Shown: positions 20,909 through 31,143, counted from the stretch's first letter. The stretch: DNA of 64,000 bases from an uncultured bacterium (GCA_963825135.1 CAWGRW010000009.1:768001-832000); one strand, 5' to 3'. Notes: generated by a model not told the origin, from the sequence alone. Made by a program: numbers and translations.

Positions 20909-22044
20909 AAAAAATAAGGAAATTAAGGAGCGATCTAAAAACGCGCTACTTCGAAAGGGACGACGTCATAGACGGCGCGTTCTGCGCTCTCCTTACGGGA
21001 AGCCACATCCTTCTAATCGGTCCGCCGGGGACCGCCAAATCCCAGCTGGCGAATGAAATCTGCCGCAAGATCAGCGGGGCCCGTTATTTTCAGTGGCTTC
21101 TCACCAAGTTCACGACGCCCGAGGAGTTGTTCGGCGCCGTAAGCCTGAGGGGCCTCGAGAACGATGAATACAGGAGGGTCACTTCCGGCAAGCTGCCCGA
21201 AGCGCACATCGCCTTCCTCGACGAGGTATTCAAAGCCAGTTCCTCGATACTCAACACTCTGCTCACGATCATGAACGAGAGAGTTTTTTATAACGGGACC
21301 GAAAAAGTCAGGATCCCTCTCATTTCTCTTTTCGGCGCAAGCAACGAGCTGCCTTCGGAGGAAGACGACCTCGAAGCCCTTTATGACAGGTTCTTGCTGA
21401 GATACGTGGTGGACTATATAAAAGAAGACTTTAGATTTCTTAAGATGCTGAACACGGAGAACGAAATATCCGAAGAAGGGATAATTACATACGAGGAGCT
21501 CGATCACTGCAGGACCGAAACGGAGAAAGTAAAGCTCCCCGCCAACATTTTGAAGCTGATATCGCGGATCAGAAAAGAGCTCGGGAAAAAGGGCGTCGTG
21601 CCTTCCGACAGGAGATATAAACAATCCGTCTCTCTTCTTAAATCGAGGGCGTACCTTGAAGGGAGGAGCGAGGTCACGGAGGACGACCTCCGTTTTCTTG
21701 AAAATATATTATGGAGAGACCCCGGAGAAAAAGCCGAAATCCAGTCAGTCATCCATCAATCCCTCCACGGGTGGAGAGACAGCCTGAGAGAGCTGCTCAT
21801 TCAGGCAAAAGAGCTTGATACTTATTCCAGGCGGGAATGGGAGAGCGAAGAAATGCTTATCAAGGCCAACATCGAAGCCCAGACAAAATTAAAACACATC
21901 GGCGCGAAGCTCGAGGACCTGGTCGAGGAATGCACGGAGAGGGGAAAACCCACGGATGAAATCAAAGCGGCGAGAGAAGAGATAGAGGGCATTCAGAGGG
22001 AGATTCTCGACAGGCTCGTATCGAGCAAGGAAGAAATGGCTTAG
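20893..22044 (+). CDS. MoxR-family AAA+ ATPase, RavA-like
   Basis: GPPGTAKS, TKFTTPEELFG, FLDEVFKASSSILNTLL, ASNELP, ALYDRF, SDRR; overlaps the gspK 3' end by 16 nt. Confidence 0.88.
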   Translation: MERTLEKIRKLRSDLKTRYFERDDVIDGAFCALLTGSHILLIGPPGTAKSQLANEICRKISGARYFQWLLTKFTTPEELFGAVSLRGLENDEYRRVTSGKLPEAHIAFLDEVFKASSSILNTLLTIMNERVFYNGTEKVRIPLISLFGASNELPSEEDDLEALYDRFLLRYVVDYIKEDFRFLKMLNTENEISEEGIITYEELDHCRTETEKVKLPANILKLISRIRKELGKKGVVPSDRRYKQSVSLLKSRAYLEGRSEVTEDDLRFLENILWRDPGEKAEIQSVIHQSLHGWRDSLRELLIQAKELDTYSRREWESEEMLIKANIEAQTKLKHIGAKLEDLVEECTERGKPTDEIKAAREEIEGIQREILDRLVSSKEEMA

Positions 22045-22082
22045 GCCGGTCCGTTTCGTGGGGGAGGTTATATACATTTAAA

Positions 22083-22110
22083 GACGACAGTGCCTCTCGC
22101 AGCTGTCGTT
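22083..22110. terminator. Possible terminator hairpin between convergent genes
   Basis: GACGACAG...CTGTCGTT inverted repeat flanked by A/T runs. Confidence 0.35.
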
Positions 22111-23123
22111 TAAATTCTAAGAAGCACCTTACCTGTGCTCATCCTCGATTCGATGTATTCATGAGCCCGCCGGGCCTCCTCGAGCCCGAATACCCTGTTA
22201 ACGACGGGCCTTATGCCGTGCTCTACCGCAAATCCCCTGAGCTCCTCATAGAGCTCAACCATTTTCCCGGGTTCCCGGTCGAGAAGGTAGCCCAGGTGGG
22301 ATGACATTACGGAGACGGACCTCCGGGCCATCTCACCGACGTCCGCCCTCGGTATATCTTTCCAGGTCCTGAGCCAGGACGCGGGACTCCATTTGTTGAG
22401 GTCGAGGCTCGCGAACCCCGTGACTACCACCCTTCCGAACGGGTTGAGAGAATTCATGCTCTTCTTGAAAATGTCCCCGCCGACCATCTCGATCGCCGCA
22501 TCCACTCCGCCGGTAACGCCGATCAGGTCTTTAAAACAGTCCGGGTCACGGTAGTTAAACGCCCCCGCCGCTCCGAGAGATAAAATTAGTTCCTTCTTTT
22601 CGGGGCTCCCGGCCATGCCGTAAACCCGGCACCCCGCGTGTGACGCCAACTGTATCGCCGCTGTCCCCACGCCCCCGGCGGCCGCCGTGACCAGCACCTT
22701 TTCCCCAGCGCCGACCCTCGCCATTTTGAATAACGCGACCCAGGCGGTCATATAGTTCACGAGGAACGAGGCTGCCTCCTCGTACGTGTACCCGTCTATC
22801 GCCGGGACGGCATTGGTATCGGGGACGACGACGTATTCGGCATAACACCCGTACTTCGCCCCGACCATCACCCTCTCTCCGATCCTCGCCCGGGACACCC
22901 CCCCGCCCGCCTCCTCTATCACGCCCGAACATTCCATCCCCGGTATATACGGTTTTTTAGGCGCCCACCCGTAAATCCCCTTCCTCGATAGTATCTCGGC
23001 ATAATTAATACCCGCAAAGCGGACCGCAACCCTGACCTCCCCCTCCCCCGGCCGGGGTTCTTTGACCTCCTCCGTTTTAAGAACATCCGGGCCGCCGTTT
23101 TTCCTGAGCACAATCGCTTTCAT
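22110..23123 (-). CDS. NADPH:quinone oxidoreductase / VAT-1-like medium-chain dehydrogenase
   Basis: GINYAE, PGMECSG, AAAGGVGTAA, STGKVLL. Confidence 0.88.
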   Translation of the reverse strand: MKAIVLRKNGGPDVLKTEEVKEPRPGEGEVRVAVRFAGINYAEILSRKGIYGWAPKKPYIPGMECSGVIEEAGGGVSRARIGERVMVGAKYGCYAEYVVVPDTNAVPAIDGYTYEEAASFLVNYMTAWVALFKMARVGAGEKVLVTAAAGGVGTAAIQLASHAGCRVYGMAGSPEKKELILSLGAAGAFNYRDPDCFKDLIGVTGGVDAAIEMVGGDIFKKSMNSLNPFGRVVVTGFASLDLNKWSPASWLRTWKDIPRADVGEMARRSVSVMSSHLGYLLDREPGKMVELYEELRGFAVEHGIRPVVNRVFGLEEARRAHEYIESRMSTGKVLLRI

Positions 23124-23238
23124 TTCCCGCACCTCGATTCCCAAATTGAAAATTTACCCATTCTGGCTTATTATGATAAACGAAGCCGGCAAGAATAACC
23201 GTGCGGGCATAAGAAATATATTTTTTGGCGGAGATGAA

Positions 23239-23505
23239 ATGAAAAGATATTTACTCATACCGGCTGTACTCTTCACAATCTTTTCCTGCGGCAACCCGGC
23301 TGTGATCGATCCGCTGCAGCAGCAGTCCGCGGTTCAGATACCGTGCGAGCCCGACATGATAGAGGTAGTAGAGCATAAGATAAATACCGACGGAAGCGAG
23401 AACTGGATGGCTCTCTGCCAGGGCGACACGTACAGCTGCGAGAAGGGAGCGGGCAGCGAGGCGAAAACGACCTGTCAGAAGATGGAATCGCAGATGCCCG
23501 AGTAG
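23239..23505 (+). CDS. Small Cys-containing lipoprotein
   Basis: MKRYLLIPAVLFTIFSC lipobox; GGAG RBS; four further Cys. Confidence 0.7.
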   Translation: MKRYLLIPAVLFTIFSCGNPAVIDPLQQQSAVQIPCEPDMIEVVEHKINTDGSENWMALCQGDTYSCEKGAGSEAKTTCQKMESQMPE

Positions 23506-23574
23506 CGCGGATGTCAATGCCAATAATGAAAATGGATTAATGGAAGCCTTCACTGCAAAATGAGGGGGACGGAT

Positions 23575-24054
23575 TTAGTCCTCCTCGTTTTGCCGCCTTT
23601 CCCTGGACCTGTTTTTCACGCTTTCCCCGATCCTCCAGTATTTCTTGTCCTCTTCGGTGAGGACTTTGAGCGCGGGCACCGGTATGGGCTTTCCCTCAGC
23701 GTCCACGGCGACGAAGACAAGATATCCCCTGCACGTGAACTCGACTCCGGGGCTGAACTTTCCGACTTTGTAAACGTCCACCTTCACGACCATAGACGTA
23801 TGCGCGGTGTAAATTACCCTCGCCTTGACCTCCATGATGTCCCCGACTTTGACGGGCTTCTTGAAATCGACGGCTTCGATAGACGCGGTGACCGTGTCCT
23901 CGCCCGCGAAACGCATCGCCGCCATCGCGCCCGTCATATCCATCAGCTCGAGCACCCTTCCCCCGAATATCGTACCGTAGTGGTTCGTATGCGTCGGGAA
24001 GACAAGCTCCGAATTCGATACCTCGACCGATTCCTTGACCGAATCATTTCCCAT
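23575..24054 (-). CDS. Acyl-CoA thioesterase (hotdog fold, YciA-like)
   Basis: VFPTHTNHYGTIFGG, VTASI..VDFKKPV, VFVAVD. Confidence 0.92.
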   Translation of the reverse strand: MGNDSVKESVEVSNSELVFPTHTNHYGTIFGGRVLELMDMTGAMAAMRFAGEDTVTASIEAVDFKKPVKVGDIMEVKARVIYTAHTSMVVKVDVYKVGKFSPGVEFTCRGYLVFVAVDAEGKPIPVPALKVLTEEDKKYWRIGESVKNRSRERRQNEED

Positions 24055-24256
24055 TTATGCCCTCCTGTGTAATTTGGCCGTGACTTCCCGGGTATGCTCC
24101 GAGATATAGTAGACGAGCGCGGGGGTTTTTCAACCGGACCGCGTTGGCAGCGGGACATTTCACTCGCGGCCTATAATTGGTGTAGATTTACCCGAATATA
24201 TGATGCCGGAAAACCGGCAGAGATATTCGAACGCCGCATAATGAATGGAGGAAATC

Positions 24257-24772
24257 ATGAGTAACCTGAGTTTATTCAGGAGTTGTAAATCGTATGCGTA
24301 TCTGTTTTGTATCTTCTCTTCATTCTTGCTCGCAGTATCCTTCTCCTCAGCCGAGGCGCGGGCCGGCGGAAGCGATAAATATCCGAAGTGTTTCATCGGG
24401 ACTTACCTTGTCGAGGAGGGTAGCGGGACGAAGAGCATATGGAGCCTGGACGCGAGGGGCATAATTCTAATAACCAGCTCGGCTCAGCCCTCCCTTAACT
24501 TCAGCAGCGCCCAGGGGGCATGGATCAGGACCGGAAAGCTCGAAGCGTCGGCAACCTCCCTCGATTTTTCATTTGACGGTCAAAACAGCCTCGCGAGCAT
24601 CGCAAAGATAAATGCGGGGATAAGGTTCACGGACAAGGACTGCCTGGATATGGAAGGTGAGTTCACCGTGTCGTTCTTCGATCCGGGCGTTGACCCGCTT
24701 GACCCCGAATCGGTACCGGAGAACGTGATTTCGGATACGTTTACGGGAAAGCGCGTTGCGGTCGAGCAGTGA
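24257..24772 (+). CDS. Secreted hypothetical protein
   Basis: Signal peptide ending in AEARA; beta-rich mature part; GGAGG RBS. Confidence 0.65.
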   Translation: MSNLSLFRSCKSYAYLFCIFSSFLLAVSFSSAEARAGGSDKYPKCFIGTYLVEEGSGTKSIWSLDARGIILITSSAQPSLNFSSAQGAWIRTGKLEASATSLDFSFDGQNSLASIAKINAGIRFTDKDCLDMEGEFTVSFFDPGVDPLDPESVPENVISDTFTGKRVAVEQ

Positions 24773-24792
24773 CTCCCGCTCCTGCCCCGGCC

Positions 24793-25458
24793 CTAATCAC
24801 GCCTCCCCCATACAATCAGATGCCTGTCGCTTACCTGCCCGATCTCCAGCTCCCCGAGACCGGCCGATTCCAATTGCAGCTTTACTTCACCCGGCTCATA
24901 AGCCGCGAGGAGGGAATGATAGAAATCCCTTTTCAAGATGTCGGGCTCGTCCGGTGAATGAGCCTCTACGATTCTCCGGGCTTCTTCGGCTGTCCCGGGC
25001 CGCATTAAATCCATGACGAAGACCCGGGTCCCGGAAGCCGAGAACCTCTTTAACGCACGCCAGAAGACAGCAGGGTCGGGAATATGGTGGAGGAGGCTGT
25101 TGCTCATGACAAGGTCGTAAATTTTGCCCGGCACGTAGTCCTCTATCCTTCCGTGTATAAAGTGAATCCGGCCGTGAAGCTCAAGCTCGTTTTCGAGCGA
25201 CTCTTTCGCATAATTCAACATCACTGCCGAGCCGTCGATCGCGTCTATATTTGAGCCGTCGAGCGCCCGCGCAACTCTGAACGTTATATCGCCCGCGCCG
25301 CATCCCATGTCGAGAACCGCACCAGCGCCGCGGGGTAAGGGGCAGCGTTCTCCAAGCAGCCTAACGAAGAGTGAATGAGGTTTCTCGAAATCCGCCCTTG
25401 CGTATGCAAGCACCTGCTCCGGGTCCTCCATGAGCTCGGGCTCGGGGATTCTTTTCAT
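24793..25458 (-). CDS. Class I SAM-dependent methyltransferase
   Basis: RIPEPELM N-terminus, LDMGCGAG, SNSLLHH, VMDLMRP. Confidence 0.9.
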   Translation of the reverse strand: MKRIPEPELMEDPEQVLAYARADFEKPHSLFVRLLGERCPLPRGAGAVLDMGCGAGDITFRVARALDGSNIDAIDGSAVMLNYAKESLENELELHGRIHFIHGRIEDYVPGKIYDLVMSNSLLHHIPDPAVFWRALKRFSASGTRVFVMDLMRPGTAEEARRIVEAHSPDEPDILKRDFYHSLLAAYEPGEVKLQLESAGLGELEIGQVSDRHLIVWGRRD

Positions 25459-25544
25459 TTTGGTCCCGCCTGACTATTTTATAGCGCGGTCTTTCCTTTT
25501 TTAAATTCTAATTCATCATTAATACAAAAAACGGAGATGCCAGG

Positions 25545-25769
25545 ATGCCAAAAAAATCAGATTCATTAAGCGCTCTTGAGCTCATGCATATAGGCTTCAA
25601 TGTTTCGATAGACGCCCGGGAGTACGAGAACCATATTGAAGACGTCATTGAAACGGCCAAAATGTTTAATTCAACGATAATCTTGAGGAACATGCCCGAA
25701 TCGATGCTTAACGAGAAGTTCCTTAAGAAATTAAAAGGGCATTCTCATAAAATCGTCATCGAAGTCTGA
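25545..25769 (+). CDS. Small hypothetical protein
   Basis: 74-aa ORF with GGAG RBS filling the intergenic gap. Confidence 0.55.
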   Translation: MPKKSDSLSALELMHIGFNVSIDAREYENHIEDVIETAKMFNSTIILRNMPESMLNEKFLKKLKGHSHKIVIEV

Positions 25770-25812
25770 GGGCGCTCCGCAGGGAGAGTTATCGCGGGCA
25801 AGCTTCCCCCGG

Positions 25813-26481
25813 TCACCCGGGCAGGAGGTCGCAATAATAAAAACGCCCGTCCCTCAATACCACCTCTCCCCTTTTAAACTCCACCCTCTCCCTGAATATG
25901 GGCCCGTCATAAACGAAGGTATGGAACTCCCCGTTTTCCCCGCACCTATCAATTTCAGGCGGAAGATCGGACAAGAAATCGTAGTCGAATTCCCTCCCCG
26001 CGAATCCTCCGTCGAGTAAAGTCGAATCGACGCATACGACGACGGCTTTGAAACCCGCTTCAATGAAGGTCCGGGCGAGCGTTAGAGATTCCCTGCCCCA
26101 GATCGGGAACACGCACCCGAGCCCCAAATTCCCCAATTGCTCCTCCCTGTATTTCCTTATTTCCTCGAGGAATATGTCTCCGTAAATCACTGTACTCACG
26201 CCCGATTTTCTGTATTTCAGGACCGCCGTCTCGAGAGAGCGCTCGTACTCTTCATTCGAAGCGTCCCGCGGGATTATCACCTTTTCGAGACGGAGCCCAA
26301 GCGAATCAGCCTGCTTTTCGAGGAGAGCGTTCCTTACTCCGTGCATACTGACCCTGTCGTATCCCCCGGTAACGGTCGTGAGGAGGGACACGATATCGTA
26401 ACCGCGGTCCCCGAGGACTTCGTAGAGAGCGAGCGCGCTGTCCTTGCCGCCGCTCCAGGAGAAAAGTGCCTTGCCGCCCAT
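25813..26481 (-). CDS. PP-loop ATP-binding protein (DUF71 / diphthine-ammonia ligase-like)
   Basis: SWSGGKDS, YGDIFL, CGENGEFHTFV. Confidence 0.9.
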   Translation of the reverse strand: MGGKALFSWSGGKDSALALYEVLGDRGYDIVSLLTTVTGGYDRVSMHGVRNALLEKQADSLGLRLEKVIIPRDASNEEYERSLETAVLKYRKSGVSTVIYGDIFLEEIRKYREEQLGNLGLGCVFPIWGRESLTLARTFIEAGFKAVVVCVDSTLLDGGFAGREFDYDFLSDLPPEIDRCGENGEFHTFVYDGPIFRERVEFKRGEVVLRDGRFYYCDLLPG

Positions 26482-26598
26482 TTGAACCACCATATTACAC
26501 GTTCCGGAGTAAAATGAATATCCGCTTAAAGTATTTCTAGATGCATGTGCTTTTATATGTTACTTTTTGGAAGCTGAATCAGGAGGCGAGATAGACGA

Positions 26599-27456
26599 AT
26601 GCGCTGGAGGATGGGCAGAAGGAGCACGAATGTAGAGGACAGGAGGGGGGTGAGTCTCCCGGGAAGAGCAGCCGGCGGTGGGATAGGTCTCCTGGTAATA
26701 ATTATAATCGCAATACTTCTCGGCGCCGACCCGGTAAAGCTCTTAAACGATATCACATCCACGCAGGTCGATCCGACTTCGAGCTACGAACGGGCTGCTC
26801 TTTCCGAGGAAGACAGGAAACTCGCCGATTTTGTCTCCGTAGTCCTGGCCGATACGGAGGACACATGGAGTGAATTGTTCGCCGGCAACAACGCCAGGTA
26901 CCGCGAGCCCAGGCTAGTATTATTCTCCGGGGCGGTCGAATCCGCGTGCGGTTTCGCTCAATCCGCCGTGGGTCCGTTTTACTGCCCGGCAGACCAGAAG
27001 GTATATATAGACCTCGACTTCTACAGAGACCTCAGGGAAAGGTTCGGCGCCCCCGGCGATTTCGCCCAGGCATACGTCATTGCGCATGAGGTGGGACACC
27101 ACGTGCAGAACCTGCTCGGGATCTCCGAGCAGGTGCGGAACGCTCAAAGAAAGCTCGGAGAGGCCGGGGCGAACAGGCTCTCCGTCATGCAGGAGCTTCA
27201 GGCGGATTGTTTCGCGGGAGTATGGGCTCATAACGCCGACAGGGCCCGCAGCATACTCGAGCACGGCGACGTAGAGGAGGGCCTGAACGCGGCGAGCAGC
27301 ATAGGGGACGACCGGCTTCAGATGGAAACCCGGGGCCGTGTAACGCCCGATTCATTCACGCACGGGAGCTCGAAACAGAGGGTCACATGGTTTAAAAGGG
27401 GCCTCGATTCGGGAGATATAGAATCCTGCAATACATTTGAGTCAAAGAATCTGTGA
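26599..27456 (+). CDS. Neutral zinc metallopeptidase (YpfJ family)
   Basis: NVEDRRG, GPFYCPAD, AHEVGHH, ELQADC, FTHGSS. Confidence 0.92.
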   Translation: MRWRMGRRSTNVEDRRGVSLPGRAAGGGIGLLVIIIIAILLGADPVKLLNDITSTQVDPTSSYERAALSEEDRKLADFVSVVLADTEDTWSELFAGNNARYREPRLVLFSGAVESACGFAQSAVGPFYCPADQKVYIDLDFYRDLRERFGAPGDFAQAYVIAHEVGHHVQNLLGISEQVRNAQRKLGEAGANRLSVMQELQADCFAGVWAHNADRARSILEHGDVEEGLNAASSIGDDRLQMETRGRVTPDSFTHGSSKQRVTWFKRGLDSGDIESCNTFESKNL

Positions 27457-27504
27457 CTGCCCCCAAGCGCAATACCTCCGGCGCATATACAACATAACCC
27501 CTCC

Positions 27505-28734
27505 TCACACTTTACCCCGGACTCCGCTTTCGTATTTGTCTATAACCGCCGCTCCGACACAGTCCCCCCAGACGTTGACCGTCGTTCTGAAGCGGTCGAG
27601 CAGCCAGTCGATCGCAAGGATGATGCCTATTCCCTCTATAGGAAGACCGACTGACTTGAGCACGAGCACCATGGTCACGAGCCCCGCCTCCGGTATGCCG
27701 GCGGCGCCTATGGACGCGAGCGTCGCGGTAAAGAACACTATGATCATCTGCGGTATGCCCAATTCTATCCCGTAGCTCTGGGCTATGAATATCGCGGCCA
27801 CCGCTTCATAGAGCGCGGTACCGTCCATGTTGACCGTGGCTCCCAGCGGGAGCACGAACCTGCCTACCTTCGGGCTTACACCGGCCTCCTCGATGACGCC
27901 TTCCATTGTGAGAGGCAGCGTCGCGGACGAAGAAGCCGTCGAAAAAGCGGTCAGGAGCGCCTTACCCAGATGCGAGACGTACTCGAGCGGGTTTCGTCCG
28001 GAAAGCACAAAGAGTATCGCAGGCAAAATAATAAACCCGTGTATAAAAAGCCCCAGCACCACGCACAGAAAATACCTGCCGAGCTCGGCCGCGAGCGCGA
28101 TCACATGGCCCCCGCCCCCGGCCGTCCCGATGCGCTCGGCGATCAGGCCGAAAATGCCGAGCGGAGTGAATATCATTATCCAGTGAACTATCTTCATCAC
28201 GGCCTTATCGAGCAGGGAGAACAATTCGACGATCGGCTTGTTCTCCCTCCCGAGAGCCGCAAAAGCAGCGCCGAATAAAATTGATGCGACAATGAGCGGG
28301 AGTATGTCGAATTCCGCAGCCGATTTGAAGAGGTTGGGAGAGACGAATTCCAACAAGAGCACCTCGACGATGCTCATATTCTCCTTCCCCTTTATTATTT
28401 CAGGTATCTCACCCGTGACAACGGCTCCCCCCGAGCCCGGGTGTATTAGAATCACGAGAACTATGCCCAGCGTAACGGCGATGGCGGTAGTCGAAATAAA
28501 GTAGATGAAGGTCTTAAAACCAAGCGACCCCAATCTTTCGACCTTCATGATACTAAGCGTTATCGAGACCAGTATCAGCGGCAGCACTATCATTTTTAAA
28601 GCATTTATAAAAAGTTTGCCGAGAAACCCGACCCTTACGCCCGCCTCCGGATAAAACGATCCCACGAGCCCGCCGAGTATCACGCCCGCGATTATTCCCG
28701 TGATGAGGTAATGGTCTCTAAAAAACTTTTTCAA
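27505..28734 (-). CDS. Dicarboxylate/amino acid:cation symporter (DAACS)
   Basis: TASSSATLP, GATVNMDGTALY, DRFRTTVNVWGD; TTG start. Confidence 0.93.
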   Translation of the reverse strand: MKKFFRDHYLITGIIAGVILGGLVGSFYPEAGVRVGFLGKLFINALKMIVLPLILVSITLSIMKVERLGSLGFKTFIYFISTTAIAVTLGIVLVILIHPGSGGAVVTGEIPEIIKGKENMSIVEVLLLEFVSPNLFKSAAEFDILPLIVASILFGAAFAALGRENKPIVELFSLLDKAVMKIVHWIMIFTPLGIFGLIAERIGTAGGGGHVIALAAELGRYFLCVVLGLFIHGFIILPAILFVLSGRNPLEYVSHLGKALLTAFSTASSSATLPLTMEGVIEEAGVSPKVGRFVLPLGATVNMDGTALYEAVAAIFIAQSYGIELGIPQMIIVFFTATLASIGAAGIPEAGLVTMVLVLKSVGLPIEGIGIILAIDWLLDRFRTTVNVWGDCVGAAVIDKYESGVRGKV

Positions 28735-28847
28735 CTATCGCTCCAATATTGCCGCGGAAACGCTTTGTTACAGGCAATGAGTTGAATTGACATCATAGCA
28801 TCTCTAAACGGATAGTAAAACTTGAGATATAGTATTAACTTCTATAC

Positions 28848-29690
28848 ATGAGAATAGCTATGACCCGATCCCTACGCGGCCGCGGAGATGTCCGCACGGA
28901 TAAAAAAAATATTTCTCGTAATCTAATATTCATCTTATTCGTCGTTCTGCTTATCCCGATTCCCGCGCATCCGATGAGCACGCCCCCCATGAGCAAAAAA
29001 GAGGAGGGCTCCTTTGTCGTCTCCGACAAGGAAGGGGGAACCAGATGGAAAGCGGACTGGACGAGTGAAGAAATCATCGAGAACGGGGAAACCAGAATAA
29101 AAACCGTAGTGCGCGGGCAGGGAATCAAAAACCCTTTTACGAGGGAGATGAGATGGGAGTCCGTATCCGAATGGAAATCGGGCGACTCATTTACTCCGGT
29201 CGTATCATCAACCGAGGTTAGAGATTTGCAGGGCAAGCTGGTCATGACTGACAGAACGACTGTTGATGAAAAGACCGGAGCCGCGTCGTTCATAAGAGAG
29301 GATTATGAAAGCAATGGGTCCGTCAGCAAAACTTACGAGACCGACAGTGACGTTCTGATCGTCGAAGGGCTCGCCCTCGCCCTCCGCTCGCTCCCTTTCG
29401 GCACCGACGACACGGTGAAGGCTCAGTTCCTGACCAACGAGCCCGAACTCTACAATGTCGAGTTCAAACAAAAGGGCGTTGAGACAATAAAGACAGCGGG
29501 CGGGGAGGTCGAATGTTACAAAGTCGAGCTTGTCCCCAAGCTGGGCGCCCTCAACGTATTCAAGGTGTTTTTCCCGAAGACGTACTTCTGGTTCACGGTT
29601 GCTCCCCCTCACAGGTGGGTCAGATACGATGGGTTCGAGAACGGGCGCAATTCACCCGAAGTCGTTATGCAAGCGGTGCCTGCGAATTAG
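28848..29690 (+). CDS. Exported beta-rich protein (DUF3108-like); start uncertain
   Basis: Signal-like hydrophobic stretch; ETIKTAGGEVECYKV motif typical of DUF3108/DUF6134-like proteins. Confidence 0.6.
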   Translation: MRIAMTRSLRGRGDVRTDKKNISRNLIFILFVVLLIPIPAHPMSTPPMSKKEEGSFVVSDKEGGTRWKADWTSEEIIENGETRIKTVVRGQGIKNPFTREMRWESVSEWKSGDSFTPVVSSTEVRDLQGKLVMTDRTTVDEKTGAASFIREDYESNGSVSKTYETDSDVLIVEGLALALRSLPFGTDDTVKAQFLTNEPELYNVEFKQKGVETIKTAGGEVECYKVELVPKLGALNVFKVFFPKTYFWFTVAPPHRWVRYDGFENGRNSPEVVMQAVPAN

Positions 29691-29721
29691 TACGGGAATC
29701 CAATGCACCACCCGCGCCGCC

Positions 29722-31089
29722 CTACTTCAAATTGCTTCCGTCGGCACAGAGCTGGGTGAGGATGCTGCAGGGTTTTTTGCTCCGGTTGCCGCACTCGTCC
29801 TTCGCCGCCTTTACAGCCTCGTCCATGTCGGCATAATAGCCCCATCCGAGAGCGCCGTCCTCACTCCTGGCTACGGCGCCGCAGTCTGTAAACGAAATCC
29901 TCATCTGACAGTTAGGCCCGTACTTCACGCACTCATCGACCGCCGCCTTTTCCGCCTGAACCCGCGTGGGATAGTTCCATGCCGTGCCGTATTGCCCGTT
30001 GTCGGCCGTGGCTATCGCCGCCCATACGTTCACCCGCTTTGTGCTTCCGTCCGAGCATAACTCTATGAACGAAGAGCATACGTCGTTGGTATACTTGTGA
30101 CATTCGCTGACCGCGTTGTTTCTCGCCAGATCGACGGTCGAGTTCGTCGCCCACCCGAAGGCCCCGTCCGGGGCCGTGGCATAAACAGCGCAGGTGTTAA
30201 ACGAGACTTTAATCTCACAGCCCGTATTGAACTGGCTGCACCTTTCGACGGCGTCTTTCTCGGCCGCCTGTTTCGAGGGCATGTTCGTCGAAAATCCATA
30301 TCCGCCGCTCGGCGAAACAGCTATAGATCCCCAGTTCCCTTCGTTGTCGTATGGACCGGGTGGGGACGGAGTATATACGGGGGGCCGGTAATCTTTGTCA
30401 TCGCCGATTATCTTATGGGGTTGATCGTTCTTCTCTCCGTCCTTACCCCCACCGCCGAAAATCAGATAACCGGCCAGTCCTAAAACCACTACTACAGCAA
30501 TTAAACCCCCGAGTTTCTTTTTATCGCCGAGGAAAGACCTTCCGCCGGAATAATCCTTCTTTTCGAGCGGCCTTATGGTTTCCATACGCTGATCCGGTCC
30601 CTGATCGGCTTTTGCCGAACCGGATTGGGACGCCCCGCTTATCCCGGCGGCATTATCATCGGCTTCGGACTCGACGCGCGCTCCCATTCTCGAAAGCAGG
30701 AGCTTGATAGTCGACAGCAGCTGTGCAAGGTGTTTTTCGAGCGGCGGGGTTAGAGCGTCGAGCCAATGCGGAGCGCTTATAAAGTATTCGAGGGATTTAT
30801 TGGGATCGACGTCCTCCACCCTGAACGGAATGACCGGTATGCCTTTGCTTACCGCACGCTCGACTTCCCTGATTATTTGCTGGGACTCATTGGCGTTGGA
30901 CGAGAACACGAGGACCATCACCCGGCTTGAGCTTATGGCGTCGATAATCGCCTCGCCCCACTGCGTGCCGGGCACTATGTCCCTGGGGGCAATCCAGCAT
31001 CTGACGCCGCCTTTTTCCAGAGTCGCGCATACTGCGTCCGCAACGGGTTTGTCTTTCGCCGAGTGACTGATAAAAACATCGTGAGCCAT
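29722..31089 (-). CDS. TIR domain - TM - 2x DUF4189-like membrane protein
   Basis: DVFISHS..D, WIAPRDI.PG, IIREVERA (catalytic Glu position); TM LGGLIAVVVVLGLAGYLIF; two ~97-aa repeats (WGSIAV.../WAAIAT...) with 6 Cys each, ending CSDGS/CADGS. Confidence 0.88.
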   Translation of the reverse strand: MAHDVFISHSAKDKPVADAVCATLEKGGVRCWIAPRDIVPGTQWGEAIIDAISSSRVMVLVFSSNANESQQIIREVERAVSKGIPVIPFRVEDVDPNKSLEYFISAPHWLDALTPPLEKHLAQLLSTIKLLLSRMGARVESEADDNAAGISGASQSGSAKADQGPDQRMETIRPLEKKDYSGGRSFLGDKKKLGGLIAVVVVLGLAGYLIFGGGGKDGEKNDQPHKIIGDDKDYRPPVYTPSPPGPYDNEGNWGSIAVSPSGGYGFSTNMPSKQAAEKDAVERCSQFNTGCEIKVSFNTCAVYATAPDGAFGWATNSTVDLARNNAVSECHKYTNDVCSSFIELCSDGSTKRVNVWAAIATADNGQYGTAWNYPTRVQAEKAAVDECVKYGPNCQMRISFTDCGAVARSEDGALGWGYYADMDEAVKAAKDECGNRSKKPCSILTQLCADGSNLK

Positions 31090-31143
31090 GTATTTTTCCC
31101 CTCTCCTCCAGACGAAATTCTTGAGGATTATAGCTGTGATTGA

